From positions 19,776 through 83,775 of the IMG/VR virus record IMGVR_UViG_3300021255_001778: a stretch of 64,000 nucleotides of DNA, one strand, 5' to 3'. Position 1 is the stretch's first letter. The number at the start of each line of letters is the position of its first letter. The notes under the pieces are model-generated. The model saw only the letters and a program-made list of their open reading frames with translations. It was not told the DNA's origin and did no database searches. Shown here one piece after another: positions 31,771-42,170 of the stretch. Position numbers and translations under genes: made by a program. The stretch is from a virus. Its lineage: Duplodnaviria > Caudoviricetes.

Positions 31771-33605
31771 TTATTTATCTCCTTTCATAGCGTATCCGCA
31801 CCATGGACAATACGGAGTTTCCATTTCTTCAGACAGGATATTATATCCGCAATTTGAGCACTCCTCTGTGTCTACAAGAGGGTTCTGCTTTATCCATCTT
31901 GCTGTTTTCTGCTTTAGCTCTACTGTCGGCGTATTTCTTATCGCTCGATCCACAGCGATCGTACATTCATGCCATCCTTCCCACAGCCTCTCTGCTTTAT
32001 CTCCGTCCATCTGGATCGGATCTTTAAGCCTAAGCATCAGCTCATCTTCATCAATCAGCCTGCCCATTGTCATCTCCTTCACTTCTTTCCGGAGCATCTT
32101 TCGCCCATTCTGGACACGTATCAGACGCTTCAACTTTCAACCGAACATATCTGCCGTCACGCATCTTGAATCCGTACGCAAAAGCGTTATCTCCATCCGG
32201 AATTTGAAAATACATGTACTGTGTTACGGCATTGATTGCTTCGTTAGTTACATCTGATTTGTTTCGCCATTCATCTCCGCTCTGCTTCAGAGTCCCTGCA
32301 TAAATACCGGCAATACCGCAGCCAACGTGATATTCAGCCATTGTCTTCTCCTTCCTGCACCATCCTTGCTCCGCAGTGCCAACAATAATCCGACTTTGTA
32401 TAAGCCAAATGTCTATTCGAATTGCATCCCATCATAATTTTCGGAGCACACCAATTACACTCTGAGCAAAGAACATTCCCATACTTGTCAGCTATCCACT
32501 TCCCCGTCTTTCGCTCTTCGATGACAGGCGCATTTTTAATTATTTGTTTAATTTCGTAGTAAGTTTCTCTGCTATGCTCGTTTGCCTCGTAAAATCCTGC
32601 AATGTTGGCCTCGGTCACTTCGTTGAGTAATGCTTTTACATCTATCAACACCTGTTCAGCCATTATCTTCTCCTTTTTGCGTCACCGCAAAACCAGTCGC
32701 CATCAATCGAAGCGCACATGGTATGTATCTGTCTTCCGTCATCTATATCAAACCAGTGTACACAGTCCTTACAGCATATGATTTCTGATTCAACCGTAGG
32801 CGCAGCATCTATTCTCTCTTCAATCGAATCAATAAGGTGATAGCTGTCTGCGAAATAAACATTTATATCATCTTTTAGTGCGTCAGCATCTATCGTTCTC
32901 ATTCGCACCCCATATAACGCATATCCGCACCGCAGCTCGGACAAAAATCAGTCATCAATCCGCTCTTTGGCTCATTCTTACACTCTGAACAATATGGGTA
33001 GTATCCGTCAGAGTTGATATACCATCTACCTGTCTTTCTTTCTGTAACTGTTGGTGCTTCTAAAATGTCACCAACATCTACGACCTGTACATATCCAGCT
33101 CTTGTATCTGCATCCCACGCTTTTTCAAGCAACGCATCAGCATCAATTATTCTCAATACACACGTTTTCCTTTCATTTTATTTCCGCAGTTAGGGCAATA
33201 CGGAGACAGCGCTTTTACATTTGCATATTGCTCTTTGTACACCTTCTTATGGCAGATAGAACAGTACACGCCAGCATTCGAACAATCTTCGAAAACCTCC
33301 CAATGTCCGACCTCTGGGATCTCCGCGTCTATAATATCAATCGCAACTTTCAAACCCCATGCAACCATGTTTCCATTATTTCTAACTTCACTAGCATGGT
33401 GTTTACCGTTTTCGATAAGCTTATCTGCGTCCTCTTTGAGGCGTGCTTTTATTTTTTCAATGTCCACCATCGTCTTCATATTGGCTGTCGGAACACTTTC
33501 TAAGATACATGTAATGTCATCATTTAATACAAGTCCGTCTGGAGTATCCGTTGTGTGAAGATCAATAGCTTTTATAACAGCTTCATCAGTAACTAATCTG
33601 CTCAT
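31771..33605 (-). CDS. Cluster of short paralogous ORFs with MRxIDAD-type N-termini and C-terminal zinc ribbons
   Basis: 31771-32133, 32334-32663, 32899-33156 and 33153-33605 share W...CSxC...(Y/F)CPxCGA.M; 32663-32944 shares the IDADAL start. Confidence 0.7.
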
Positions 33606-33620
33606 CGTATCATGCCTTTC

Positions 33621-34328
33621 TTACTCTTGTTCGCGGGCACTCTTAGTCCATTTATACCAACCATAGATGCAGTTAATAGTCCAGAAAATGAACATGACGA
33701 CCATCATCCAATTTCCAATCATGAGGAACATAATTACCGACGCCACATCAATAATCAACCAGTGCAGCCATTGCTCTCTGTACCCTAATACCATCAAGAT
33801 CTGTGCAATAAACGCAGGGATCGTGCTGATAGCATCAAGGAACGGAAGCGGATCGTTCGTATGATGTAACACGAGAGTTAATACCGTTACTCCTGCGGCT
33901 AATCCACCCATCGTGATAGCCCAGCCGAGTGTATTCAGCTTCTTGGCTTTGACTTCTGCGGATTTGTTCTCTTTCTTCACTCTGTAGATTTTGTACCATG
34001 CGTATATTCCGTACGTTTGCGTGATAAAGTAGAACAAATTCTCCCACGCCTCACCCCATAGGTGATTCGGGATTGCTACACCGAACGTGTATGTAAACAT
34101 CTGGATGTACGCAAAGATATAAAAGCTGATTTTGCCCTGCGCACAGAATACTACGCTGATCACGCCAGCTATTGCGCATATAATCGAGATCAATCCGTCA
34201 GGTGTACCAGTCACATATCCGTAAATAATTGCGGCTACCTGAAGCAACAGTCCTAATCCTAAGAAACACCAGTCAAATGGTCTTCTTCCGTTAATAAATT
34301 CAGCCTTTAGCTTTTCTGTAAATGTCAT
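33621..34328 (-). CDS. pnuC: Nicotinamide riboside transporter PnuC
   Basis: About 7 TMs; P.LDA...AQ.LM...EQW..W...D...YGW..W. Confidence 0.9.
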   Translation of the reverse strand: MTFTEKLKAEFINGRRPFDWCFLGLGLLLQVAAIIYGYVTGTPDGLISIICAIAGVISVVFCAQGKISFYIFAYIQMFTYTFGVAIPNHLWGEAWENLFYFITQTYGIYAWYKIYRVKKENKSAEVKAKKLNTLGWAITMGGLAAGVTVLTLVLHHTNDPLPFLDAISTIPAFIAQILMVLGYREQWLHWLIIDVASVIMFLMIGNWMMVVMFIFWTINCIYGWYKWTKSAREQE

Positions 34329-35412
34329 CGATATATCCTTTCACGCTTAAATAGTTGTCGTAATATGTTCCATCAAGTATTTCATACTCATATCCGAAAT
34401 AATCGTACAGTCGCATAAGTGTCTCGAAAAACTCGCATCTGATATCATAATCTCCGTCCGGCATGTATCTCTCTCCGTCATCAACTATCCCGTTATCATG
34501 AGGAGCAAGCAAAAAGATCTTGTCCCATTTGGTAGTCTTTCTATATTTTTCAGCCATCTCGAAAAGGAAATCATAATCTGAATCATTTATGGAAAAGTCT
34601 TCCCGTTGTGCGTAATAATATGCGTACATGAGTGTCACCATATTGTCAGTATCAGATATAAATATTCCAGGATTCTGCGGATTAGTGATTAGTTCTTCGT
34701 TATATTTATGCTGTTCATAAATGTTATATATGAAGTCTTTCACCGTAAATTCTGGATCAGTTTTCAGACTGCAATTATCTCTCCCTTTTTCATATGAATA
34801 TGGCAGACCGTAATACTTTCCTATATCTTTAACTAACGTCGTCTTTCCTTCTGATGCTGTTCCGGCAATCAAAATATTGTGACTAAAATATGCTCTGAAC
34901 GGAGTCGTGATAATGTCCCAGTATTTTAAAGGATTTTCTCTGCATTGCGTACCAGAAACAGGGTTATATGTTCTATCTCGAATCTCTACACGACATGAGA
35001 AGTCACAATATTTTTCTAAGCACTCCTTATAAAAAGGCTCTCCTACATAAAACGTAACTACATCGTCTTGCTTTATGTTTGTTTTTGTCTGCAATGCGTG
35101 TGTCCATACCTTCCAATTATCTGGACACATGGACTCGTCTAATCCAAGTTCTGTGTCGTTGATATAGGTCACTTTCACTAACTCGTCTTCGAGATAATTT
35201 TTCACGATTCTATACTTTTTCATTAGAGATAATCCTTCTGGCTGTCCTCTTGGATCGCCGTCATATCCGCATACGACCACATGCGTAAGATCGTTCTTCT
35301 TTTTTGACTCCATTATTAAATCAAGATGGCCTCTATGCAGTGGGCAATATCCGCCAAAACATATTCCAATATTCATAACTATTCTTTCCTCACTATTCCG
35401 ATTAAACGACAT
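34300..35412 (-). CDS. nadR: NadR-like NMN adenylyltransferase / ribosylnicotinamide kinase
   Basis: GGYCPLHRGH (HxGH), SGTQCR, GTASEGKTTL, EKGR, DTD. Confidence 0.88.
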   Translation of the reverse strand: MSFNRNSEERIVMNIGICFGGYCPLHRGHLDLIMESKKKNDLTHVVVCGYDGDPRGQPEGLSLMKKYRIVKNYLEDELVKVTYINDTELGLDESMCPDNWKVWTHALQTKTNIKQDDVVTFYVGEPFYKECLEKYCDFSCRVEIRDRTYNPVSGTQCRENPLKYWDIITTPFRAYFSHNILIAGTASEGKTTLVKDIGKYYGLPYSYEKGRDNCSLKTDPEFTVKDFIYNIYEQHKYNEELITNPQNPGIFISDTDNMVTLMYAYYYAQREDFSINDSDYDFLFEMAEKYRKTTKWDKIFLLAPHDNGIVDDGERYMPDGDYDIRCEFFETLMRLYDYFGYEYEILDGTYYDNYLSVKGYIDDIYRKAKG

Positions 35413-35959
35413 CGATTAAGCACGACTTCATTACTTCGAGCGCCGCCTTGTGCTTTTCTGGCGTTGTTCCGGCGCAACAGTCCTTGATAACTCTGATAGT
35501 TGACTTTGGAAAAATACTTCTTGCAACCAACGCGTTACTTATGACACATATATCTGTACAAAGTCCGACGAAATCGAATTCTATCTCTTCATCCTTCGTA
35601 CCGGTGTACTCAGTCTGGTCAAAGTAACTTAAAAGATCGATTCTTAAGAACAGTTCTGTAGCGGCAAATGACTCTTTCTCTATGACAAAAGAGCTAGATA
35701 CGCATTTTGCTATAGAATTACATATTCTTTCTCCGTCTGTACCTTTCGCGCAGTGTATAGGTATATACCTACTTTCAACTAGCTTCTGATAAGCACTCTC
35801 AGTATGACTATCTTTTGTTGCCCAGATAAAGTCATATTCGTCTACATATCTATCTAAGTATTGGCATATGTTATTTACTGCTGCTACAGCCTCATCCGTA
35901 CCTAATACTCCGTCTATAAAATCATTCTGTGCATCGACAATAATCAGATGCTTTTTCAT
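35402..35959 (-). CDS. pncA: Nicotinamidase (isochorismatase family)
   Basis: IVDAQNDF.DG.L, D.H, HC..GT.G, K..F, GLCTDICV. Confidence 0.8.
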   Translation of the reverse strand: MKKHLIIVDAQNDFIDGVLGTDEAVAAVNNICQYLDRYVDEYDFIWATKDSHTESAYQKLVESRYIPIHCAKGTDGERICNSIAKCVSSSFVIEKESFAATELFLRIDLLSYFDQTEYTGTKDEEIEFDFVGLCTDICVISNALVARSIFPKSTIRVIKDCCAGTTPEKHKAALEVMKSCLIDVV

Positions 35960-36491
35960 ATTACGTAACTCCTATTTAACCGACGCTCTTCTTCTTTTCT
36001 GATCTTATACAGTTCAATCTCCTGATTCGGGATGCATACATCGTATCCGCCACCAATTTTTGTCGGTTTAAAAAATCTTGTGAAATACTTGTACTTCTTT
36101 ACAGGAATCATATCTAACCACTTGGGTCTGCTATTATCTTCGTCCATAGTCTTGCTCCTATTCTGGATCAATCACTTCTTCGAGTGGGCAAAAAGCACTT
36201 CTTCTGCTTGTAGTCGGCAACTCAACTGGTGGTGTACCATATGTCGCTACACATCTACTAAAATCCTCGTCGTATGAAAGCAATCCGTATACCCTAAACG
36301 GACATTCATGACACGACAACGGCATTTCCATATCACAAATAACTACGCTCATGTCTTCTCTCCGTATTCTGCCATCAATTCATCAAGCACACCGTCTATA
36401 ATTGCGATACAATTTCTCACGCCCTGGTTATATGCTTTATACTCAGATAATTCCATTAATAGTAGTCGCTCCATACGGTTTTTGATCTCTA

Positions 36492-37154
36492 TCAAGGTTC
36501 CCATGCCATATCTCCTGTGCGCTCAAAATCTCTACATTTTATCTTTGTCATGATTGGCTTACCACTTTTGTCGAACAACATCGTTTTAGGTCTTGCAACA
36601 ACTCCCTCCATCTCGTAATCTCTAAGTCTAGATTTTGGATGCTCTCTTACATATTCGACAGCCTTCCGCAAGCTTCCCTGGCCAACAATCGGCACTACGT
36701 CGATATCAAACGTCTTCGCTATATCTTCTACATTCTCACGATCAAGCCAATAACCATTCACAACAACGTCAAACAGTATGAAATTCGTGTCTCCGTACAA
36801 ATCTCCGTGTTTTTGGATCTTTCCACCGTATCCTTCGCCGTATAAAACTGTGATTTTATCACCAAAAATGCGCTCAAAAACCTCTTCTCGAGCCTCTCCG
36901 CCGAACATTTCGTCCAATTTTTGTTGTAAATCTTGCGGAATTTGTGTTTTTTCTGTGCGTCCCATGAAGCTCACTCGGTATCCATCCCATAAAATTCTTA
37001 TATTGGTTCCGTCGACCTTCTCACTCCAAACCCATTCGGCGTTACAGAGATAATCAATCTCAGGAGTGGATGCTTCGCCCTCAATCAACTTGTTCTTATT
37101 CGGCCCGTCCGTATACCTCTTAAAGATATTCGGTATTTTTACATATTCGTTCAT
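36492..37154 (-). CDS. ATP-dependent RNA ligase (Rnl2-like nucleotidyltransferase domain)
   Basis: EKVDGTN (KxDG), YGEGYG, FILFDV, EGVV and KIK motifs. Confidence 0.8.
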   Translation of the reverse strand: MNEYVKIPNIFKRYTDGPNKNKLIEGEASTPEIDYLCNAEWVWSEKVDGTNIRILWDGYRVSFMGRTEKTQIPQDLQQKLDEMFGGEAREEVFERIFGDKITVLYGEGYGGKIQKHGDLYGDTNFILFDVVVNGYWLDRENVEDIAKTFDIDVVPIVGQGSLRKAVEYVREHPKSRLRDYEMEGVVARPKTMLFDKSGKPIMTKIKCRDFERTGDMAWEP

Positions 37155-37330
37155 GTCATTACCCTCGTACCAATCAGTAATGCAATCATTAGCATTGCAA
37201 AAATTAATATGTATAGATCAATCTCGTCCTTGCCATTAGTAAACACACAAAGTTCAATCACCGTTATAATTGCCAGCCAGAACAATAAAGCCCAAAACAT
37301 AACCACCATCCTTCCTTTTCACATTGATTA

Positions 37331-37476
37331 AGGCACGGGCGAGGATTTGAACCTCGCATGGAAAACCGCCCGTCCTTCATGGCTTAGTTGTTATGCACTT
37401 ATTTGATGGCATAGTTCCTGGTTTCATGAAAGCATTTCCTTACGGCGTAAGCGTCTACCCATTTCGCCACCGCGCC
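37331..37476 (-). ncRNA. tRNA-Leu-like RNA with long insert replacing the anticodon arm
   Basis: Acceptor GGCGCGG/CCGTGCC, Leu-type D region GGCGAAATGGGTAGACGC, T arm CGAGG-TTCAAAT-CCTCG; 146 nt, no canonical anticodon loop. Confidence 0.7.
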
Positions 37477-37535
37477 ATATTGCCATATAAATGTATTGAT
37501 TGATTTTTCAAAAGCCTGCCTAAGCAGGCTATGAT

Positions 37536-38540
37536 TCATATTATTGTAAGCTTCCAGTTCTCGTAGTCCTTCTTGTAGTCATTCACTCTCCGCAAGAATG
37601 TGTTCCTATCTTGAACTGTTATACTCGGGTCATCTTCTTTGTAGTTCAAGTGTCTGTCATGATATTCACCCTGTGCTTTTATCCTCAGAAACATGTTTGC
37701 AAGTCCTTCGAAGTTCTTATCTGTCAGATATCCGGCAATTTCAAGCTCTCTAAGTCTGTAAAACGCACCAGACAACCATACTCTGTAGTAACTCAGGTTC
37801 AGATCCGTCTTGCCTTCGGCTATTGCAGCCTTTATCTTTCTGGATATATTCGATCTAAATACTGAAAGGTCTGGATCGCTAGAACCTCTTACTCCTCTAA
37901 AAATGCAATCTCCTGGGACTCTATCTCTCGTTATCCATCCCTTGTTTATGTACTTAGAGTTGATGTATAAGAAGCTCTTAGCTTCTACGCACTGCCTTAC
38001 TGTATTAATTCCTTCCTTATATAAAATGCCTTGCCAAGTCTTCGCCTTTATAATCATTCGATCAAAATCAATATCATTGCTTGTAAGATATATAACATCT
38101 TCTTCTCTACACCCACCATATGCCATCCAGAAGAAACATTTTATCGGATCAAATGTCGTTCCATCTTCTTCAATAAACACGTCATCGAGGAATTTCTTCA
38201 AATGTAACGGACTCTTCACCGTGCGAGTTCTCATTTGTTCTACAGCCGGACTCGTGACGTTCAATCCATCAAGACAAGTCCCGTCTACATTTTTTGAAGC
38301 ACACCACTTAATATAAGAACGAATAGTTACAATGTCGTTCTCACTACTTCTTGCTCTTGTACCAGTAGTAGCGTTATTGAGTACAGCCTGTATCTTCTCT
38401 GCACTCATTGTACAAACATCTTTTCCTTCTTCCTTCTCTATCTTCTGGAAAAGATTGAATGTTTTTCTTCTTGCGGCTCGCGCAGCCTCAGTGTTAGTGG
38501 TTTCGACCAAAAAGCGTTCCTTTAATTCCGCGTTATACAT
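37536..38540 (-). CDS. Degenerate tyrosine-recombinase-fold protein, candidate MrpR(YopR)-like lytic repressor
   Basis: MYNAELKERFL start, core-binding-like N-terminus, LMAYGG.R-type box without a recognisable HxxR/H/Y set; similarity to SPbeta MrpR is from recollection, not alignment. Confidence 0.55.
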   Translation of the reverse strand: MYNAELKERFLVETTNTEAARAARRKTFNLFQKIEKEEGKDVCTMSAEKIQAVLNNATTGTRARSSENDIVTIRSYIKWCASKNVDGTCLDGLNVTSPAVEQMRTRTVKSPLHLKKFLDDVFIEEDGTTFDPIKCFFWMAYGGCREEDVIYLTSNDIDFDRMIIKAKTWQGILYKEGINTVRQCVEAKSFLYINSKYINKGWITRDRVPGDCIFRGVRGSSDPDLSVFRSNISRKIKAAIAEGKTDLNLSYYRVWLSGAFYRLRELEIAGYLTDKNFEGLANMFLRIKAQGEYHDRHLNYKEDDPSITVQDRNTFLRRVNDYKKDYENWKLTII

Positions 38541-38571
38541 TGTTTACCCTCCTAAGATTATATGTATAACG

Positions 38572-38997
38572 CTACACTAATGTAGCGTTTAAGTAGGAAG
38601 CTTTTTGCCAAACCATCAGCAAGGTTTCCTGATCGATATACGATATAGCCGACGTTGCAAGCAGATTAGCCACCGCTATCTTAGACATATATTCGTCTGG
38701 CATCTTCGTGAGATAATTTCCTATACGCTCTTTGGACATTCTTTCAGGATTTTCACATAATACCATGCTATCCTTTTTTAGTCCTGTGTCTTTTGATGAT
38801 ACAAAAACATGAGTAGGAAGATTTTTCTTTTTCACAGAAGATGTTAGTGGCAGAGCGATTATGTTAGGGCTATATTTATTGCCAACATTGTTCTGAAAAA
38901 CCAGCCCAGGACGCCATCCACTCTGTTCGCTGCCATGCCCGTCGAATCGCATCAAATAGACCTCACCGATCCTGATACTTCTAGCCGCGCGAGTCAT
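38572..38997 (-). CDS. mazF: MazF/PemK-family endoribonuclease
   Basis: GSEQSGWRPGLVFQNNVGNKYSP.II.LPLTS, P.HV, SMVLCE. Confidence 0.85.
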   Translation of the reverse strand: MTRAARSIRIGEVYLMRFDGHGSEQSGWRPGLVFQNNVGNKYSPNIIALPLTSSVKKKNLPTHVFVSSKDTGLKKDSMVLCENPERMSKERIGNYLTKMPDEYMSKIAVANLLATSAISYIDQETLLMVWQKASYLNATLV

Positions 38998-39025
38998 GAG
39001 AGCACCTCTTTTCTCTGCTATATGT

Positions 39026-39054
39026 ATAATAACACGTCAGAGAACAGATGTCAA
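39026..39054 (-). promoter_or_regulatory. sigma70-type promoter of the mazF/MrpR-like operon
   Basis: Minus strand TTGACA-17 bp-TATTAT; -35 overlaps an 18-bp motif copy (39052-39069). Confidence 0.75.
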
Positions 39055-40549
39055 TACACTTTTATGGCAAATTATTTCTTATCTACAATAAGATAAAACC
39101 TGTTTTCACCATTTTTAGTACTTTCGTCCCTGCATATTATCATAGCAGAATTTGTGATACCCCCCTCACCCTCTTCAAACTCGATTCTGATGACATTGGT
39201 GAAAGATATATACGTTTCCTTGTACTTTGACGTAAAATAAATTGTATCAGGACATGGAAAAGCGGCTACATTCGCAAACCTCATAGAAGCACTGCAATTT
39301 CCAACCCCAGTAAACTTCTCAACTTGATCGCAGAGATTGAAAATAAACTGATTGTATTTATTTTCCTTGCAAAACCTCTCGAACTCAAGAACTGTCAACT
39401 TTATCATGTCATACCTCCAATTGCATTTTGATTGGCGGTATGGTACACTAATCAAGAGCGAATTAGTGGGAAAATGGTTCGCTCTGGCTGTATATCAGCC
39501 GCCAATCTGTACCTTACGTCTGCCAAACCTTGGTACGGATTGTTACTTTTTGCCGGAGACCCTTGCGGGTCTCCTTTTAAAATGATAGCACATCAGCTTT
39601 TAAAAAGCAAACACGTGTTCGGGTCACTCAATAGCTTCTCTTAGCATACCGATCGCCTCATTTATCATAGACACCGCATCTTCAAGATAGTCAACGCACT
39701 CTTCCATCTTGGAATACCTGTCAGAACTCTCGAGATTTTCCGGCATATTTCCAAGAGCATCACTCTCTTCGTCATATACATCACTTACAATATCATAGGC
39801 GTTTTCTAATTCTGATATCGCAATGTTAAGGCGATTTCTTCTCTTGTTATTCATGATATCCACACTCCATCAAACCGCATTTCCATTCTGATCGCAGGTG
39901 GGTTTTCTTTTGATGCGGATATCGTTATATCATTTGCTCCACGCAAAAATGTGTACACTGGATCGTTTTCTTTAAACTCACACATGTCGAACTCGACACC
40001 TATGATAATTTCTTTTGTGTCTATATCAACGTCTACATCGATACCATATGAATTATCGCATCTGCCTGACAACAATTCATCTATCCCGTCACATATTCTA
40101 TGGATATTATCCATACGTCCTGGAGAAAACCTCCATCCATCTTCGATTTCCTTTGTTGCCTGATTAATAACAATTTCTGCCACATCATAACATTTTATCA
40201 ATCTTCCACCACCTTTCTCGAAGTCCCGTAGTATGTTACATTGAACGAGATATCACCATTTCTGACAGGAACTATCTCAGCCACATCTGCGTGCTTTAGT
40301 AACTCGCATAACACTGTCGGATTTTTGATGTGTATTTCCTTGCCAGACATTAGAATATCTGCACTTCCGATAAATGGTTCATCAACTCTTTCTTTGATGT
40401 CATCACAATCAATTATGCGTGAAAATACACTTAGAGCAGTTCTGACCTCATACATTCTGTCTTTATCCTGTATAAATGTTCCCACCATGTCTTTCCGAAT
40501 GTCTTCTTTTAGGTCTTGCAAGACTTCTTCGAAATCACTGTCCATGTAG

Positions 40550-40768
40550 TCACCGTCCTTTCTTGTCCATATCATTCAGAATGAGATCTATAGCCCTATT
40601 TATTAAGGAATTAACACTCTCTCCGTTGGATGCTGCCACCTCTTTTAATACGTCTTTCTTTCCTTTGCTTGTCAGTACGAGAATCCGGTCGTATTTCGTT
40701 TCGTACGATTTATCGTTCCATTTTTTATTTGCCCTTTTCTTTGCTTCGCTCATAGACATAATGATCAT
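40550..40768 (-). CDS. Small ribbon-helix-helix-type DNA-binding protein
   Basis: KGKKDVLKEVAASNGESVNSLINRAID pattern. Confidence 0.65.
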   Translation of the reverse strand: MIIMSMSEAKKRANKKWNDKSYETKYDRILVLTSKGKKDVLKEVAASNGESVNSLINRAIDLILNDMDKKGR

Positions 40769-40829
40769 CCCGCCTACATTCTTATTATTCTATAAAAAAT
40801 ATGTAGAAGCAACCTCTTGTGCAGTCTTT

Positions 40830-41975
40830 TTACAGAAAACCACTATATTCTTTTAGCCTAAATGCCGTTTCTGCAATCACTTTAGCCGCTTCTCCAACCT
40901 CTTCCTCTGTATTATACTTGGAAAATGATATTCTGATCGAGTCTCTGGCCTGGTCATCCGTCAAACCAATTGCCCTCAGTACTCTACTTGGCTCCTGTTC
41001 GTTACTTCTACATGCAGAACCAGCTGAAACGCACACATCCATTGCGCTAAGCATCAACAGCATAGTTTCCGCATCAATACCGTCGAATCTTACGTTCAAA
41101 ACCTTGCCAAAATTGCTACTCGATTCGGCATTGTCGTGGATTATGTCTGACATACCGTATTTTCCCATGTGGTACTTCAGATCTTTCCACATTTTCTTCT
41201 TTAACACAGAAATCTCGGCACCAATTTGTGTCTCGATGCCTGTTATCACCTGACAAGCCTTGCCAAACCCGACAATTCCTGCCACATTCTCAGTTCCGCC
41301 ACGAATCCCGTACTCATGATCCTTGCCACCGATCCTCCCCATCAGTTCTGGCCGGACATCATTTTTATCTCGTATATACAAAGCCCCTACGCCCTTCGGA
41401 CCGTGTATTTTGTGAGAACTTATCGTTGCAAAGTCAAGACACAGCTCATTTACATCGATTTTTATGCACCCAGCTGCTTGTGTGCAGTCACTGTGAAACA
41501 AAATGTTCTTTTCCTTGCAAAATTCCCCGATTTTTTCGACCGGATTTACCGTTCCGATCTCATTATTGGCAAACATAACCGAAACCATCTCCGTCATATC
41601 GGTTACATTCTTTTCGAAGCTTTCCCAGATGATTTTGCCATTCTTGTCGACATCTATGTAGCCTGTAAGCGCGTTTAAACCTGCCATATTCATTATCGAG
41701 TCGTGTTCTATATTGGAAACGACGTTAAACGTATATGATGATAGCGCCATATTGTTAGATTCCGTACCGCCAGAAGTAAAAATTATCTGTTCTGGACTAT
41801 CCGCTCTTAAAAATGTTGCCACACGCTCTCTTGCTAATGTAATTGCCTGCTTTGCGTCCTGTCCAAGCTTGTGTGGAGACCCAGGATTCCCATATCGCGT
41901 TGTTAGGTATGGCATCATTTCATCAAGAACTTCCGGCGCAATTTTGGTAGTCGACGCATTGTCAAGATATATCAT
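40830..41975 (-). CDS. iscS: Cysteine desulfurase (IscS/NifS group)
   Basis: MIYLDNASTT, FTSGGTESNN, SSHKIHGPKG (PLP Lys), GGTENV, SAGSAC (catalytic Cys). Confidence 0.93.
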   Translation of the reverse strand: MIYLDNASTTKIAPEVLDEMMPYLTTRYGNPGSPHKLGQDAKQAITLARERVATFLRADSPEQIIFTSGGTESNNMALSSYTFNVVSNIEHDSIMNMAGLNALTGYIDVDKNGKIIWESFEKNVTDMTEMVSVMFANNEIGTVNPVEKIGEFCKEKNILFHSDCTQAAGCIKIDVNELCLDFATISSHKIHGPKGVGALYIRDKNDVRPELMGRIGGKDHEYGIRGGTENVAGIVGFGKACQVITGIETQIGAEISVLKKKMWKDLKYHMGKYGMSDIIHDNAESSSNFGKVLNVRFDGIDAETMLLMLSAMDVCVSAGSACRSNEQEPSRVLRAIGLTDDQARDSIRISFSKYNTEEEVGEAAKVIAETAFRLKEYSGFL

Positions 41976-42170
41976 TCACTCACCTTCTTCTGCCCATGCG
42001 ATGACCGTATACTCTTTCGTTTGAGCATTTACAACCCATCCTTTTTCAGTGTACATACCATTTGTAAATACCTCACCGCAAATTCCATCGAAATCATTTG
42101 ACCACAACTGAAGGAATACTTTCTTATCAAATTCTGGCGTTCCGTCCTCTACGTTAATCCAAAGCAATCG

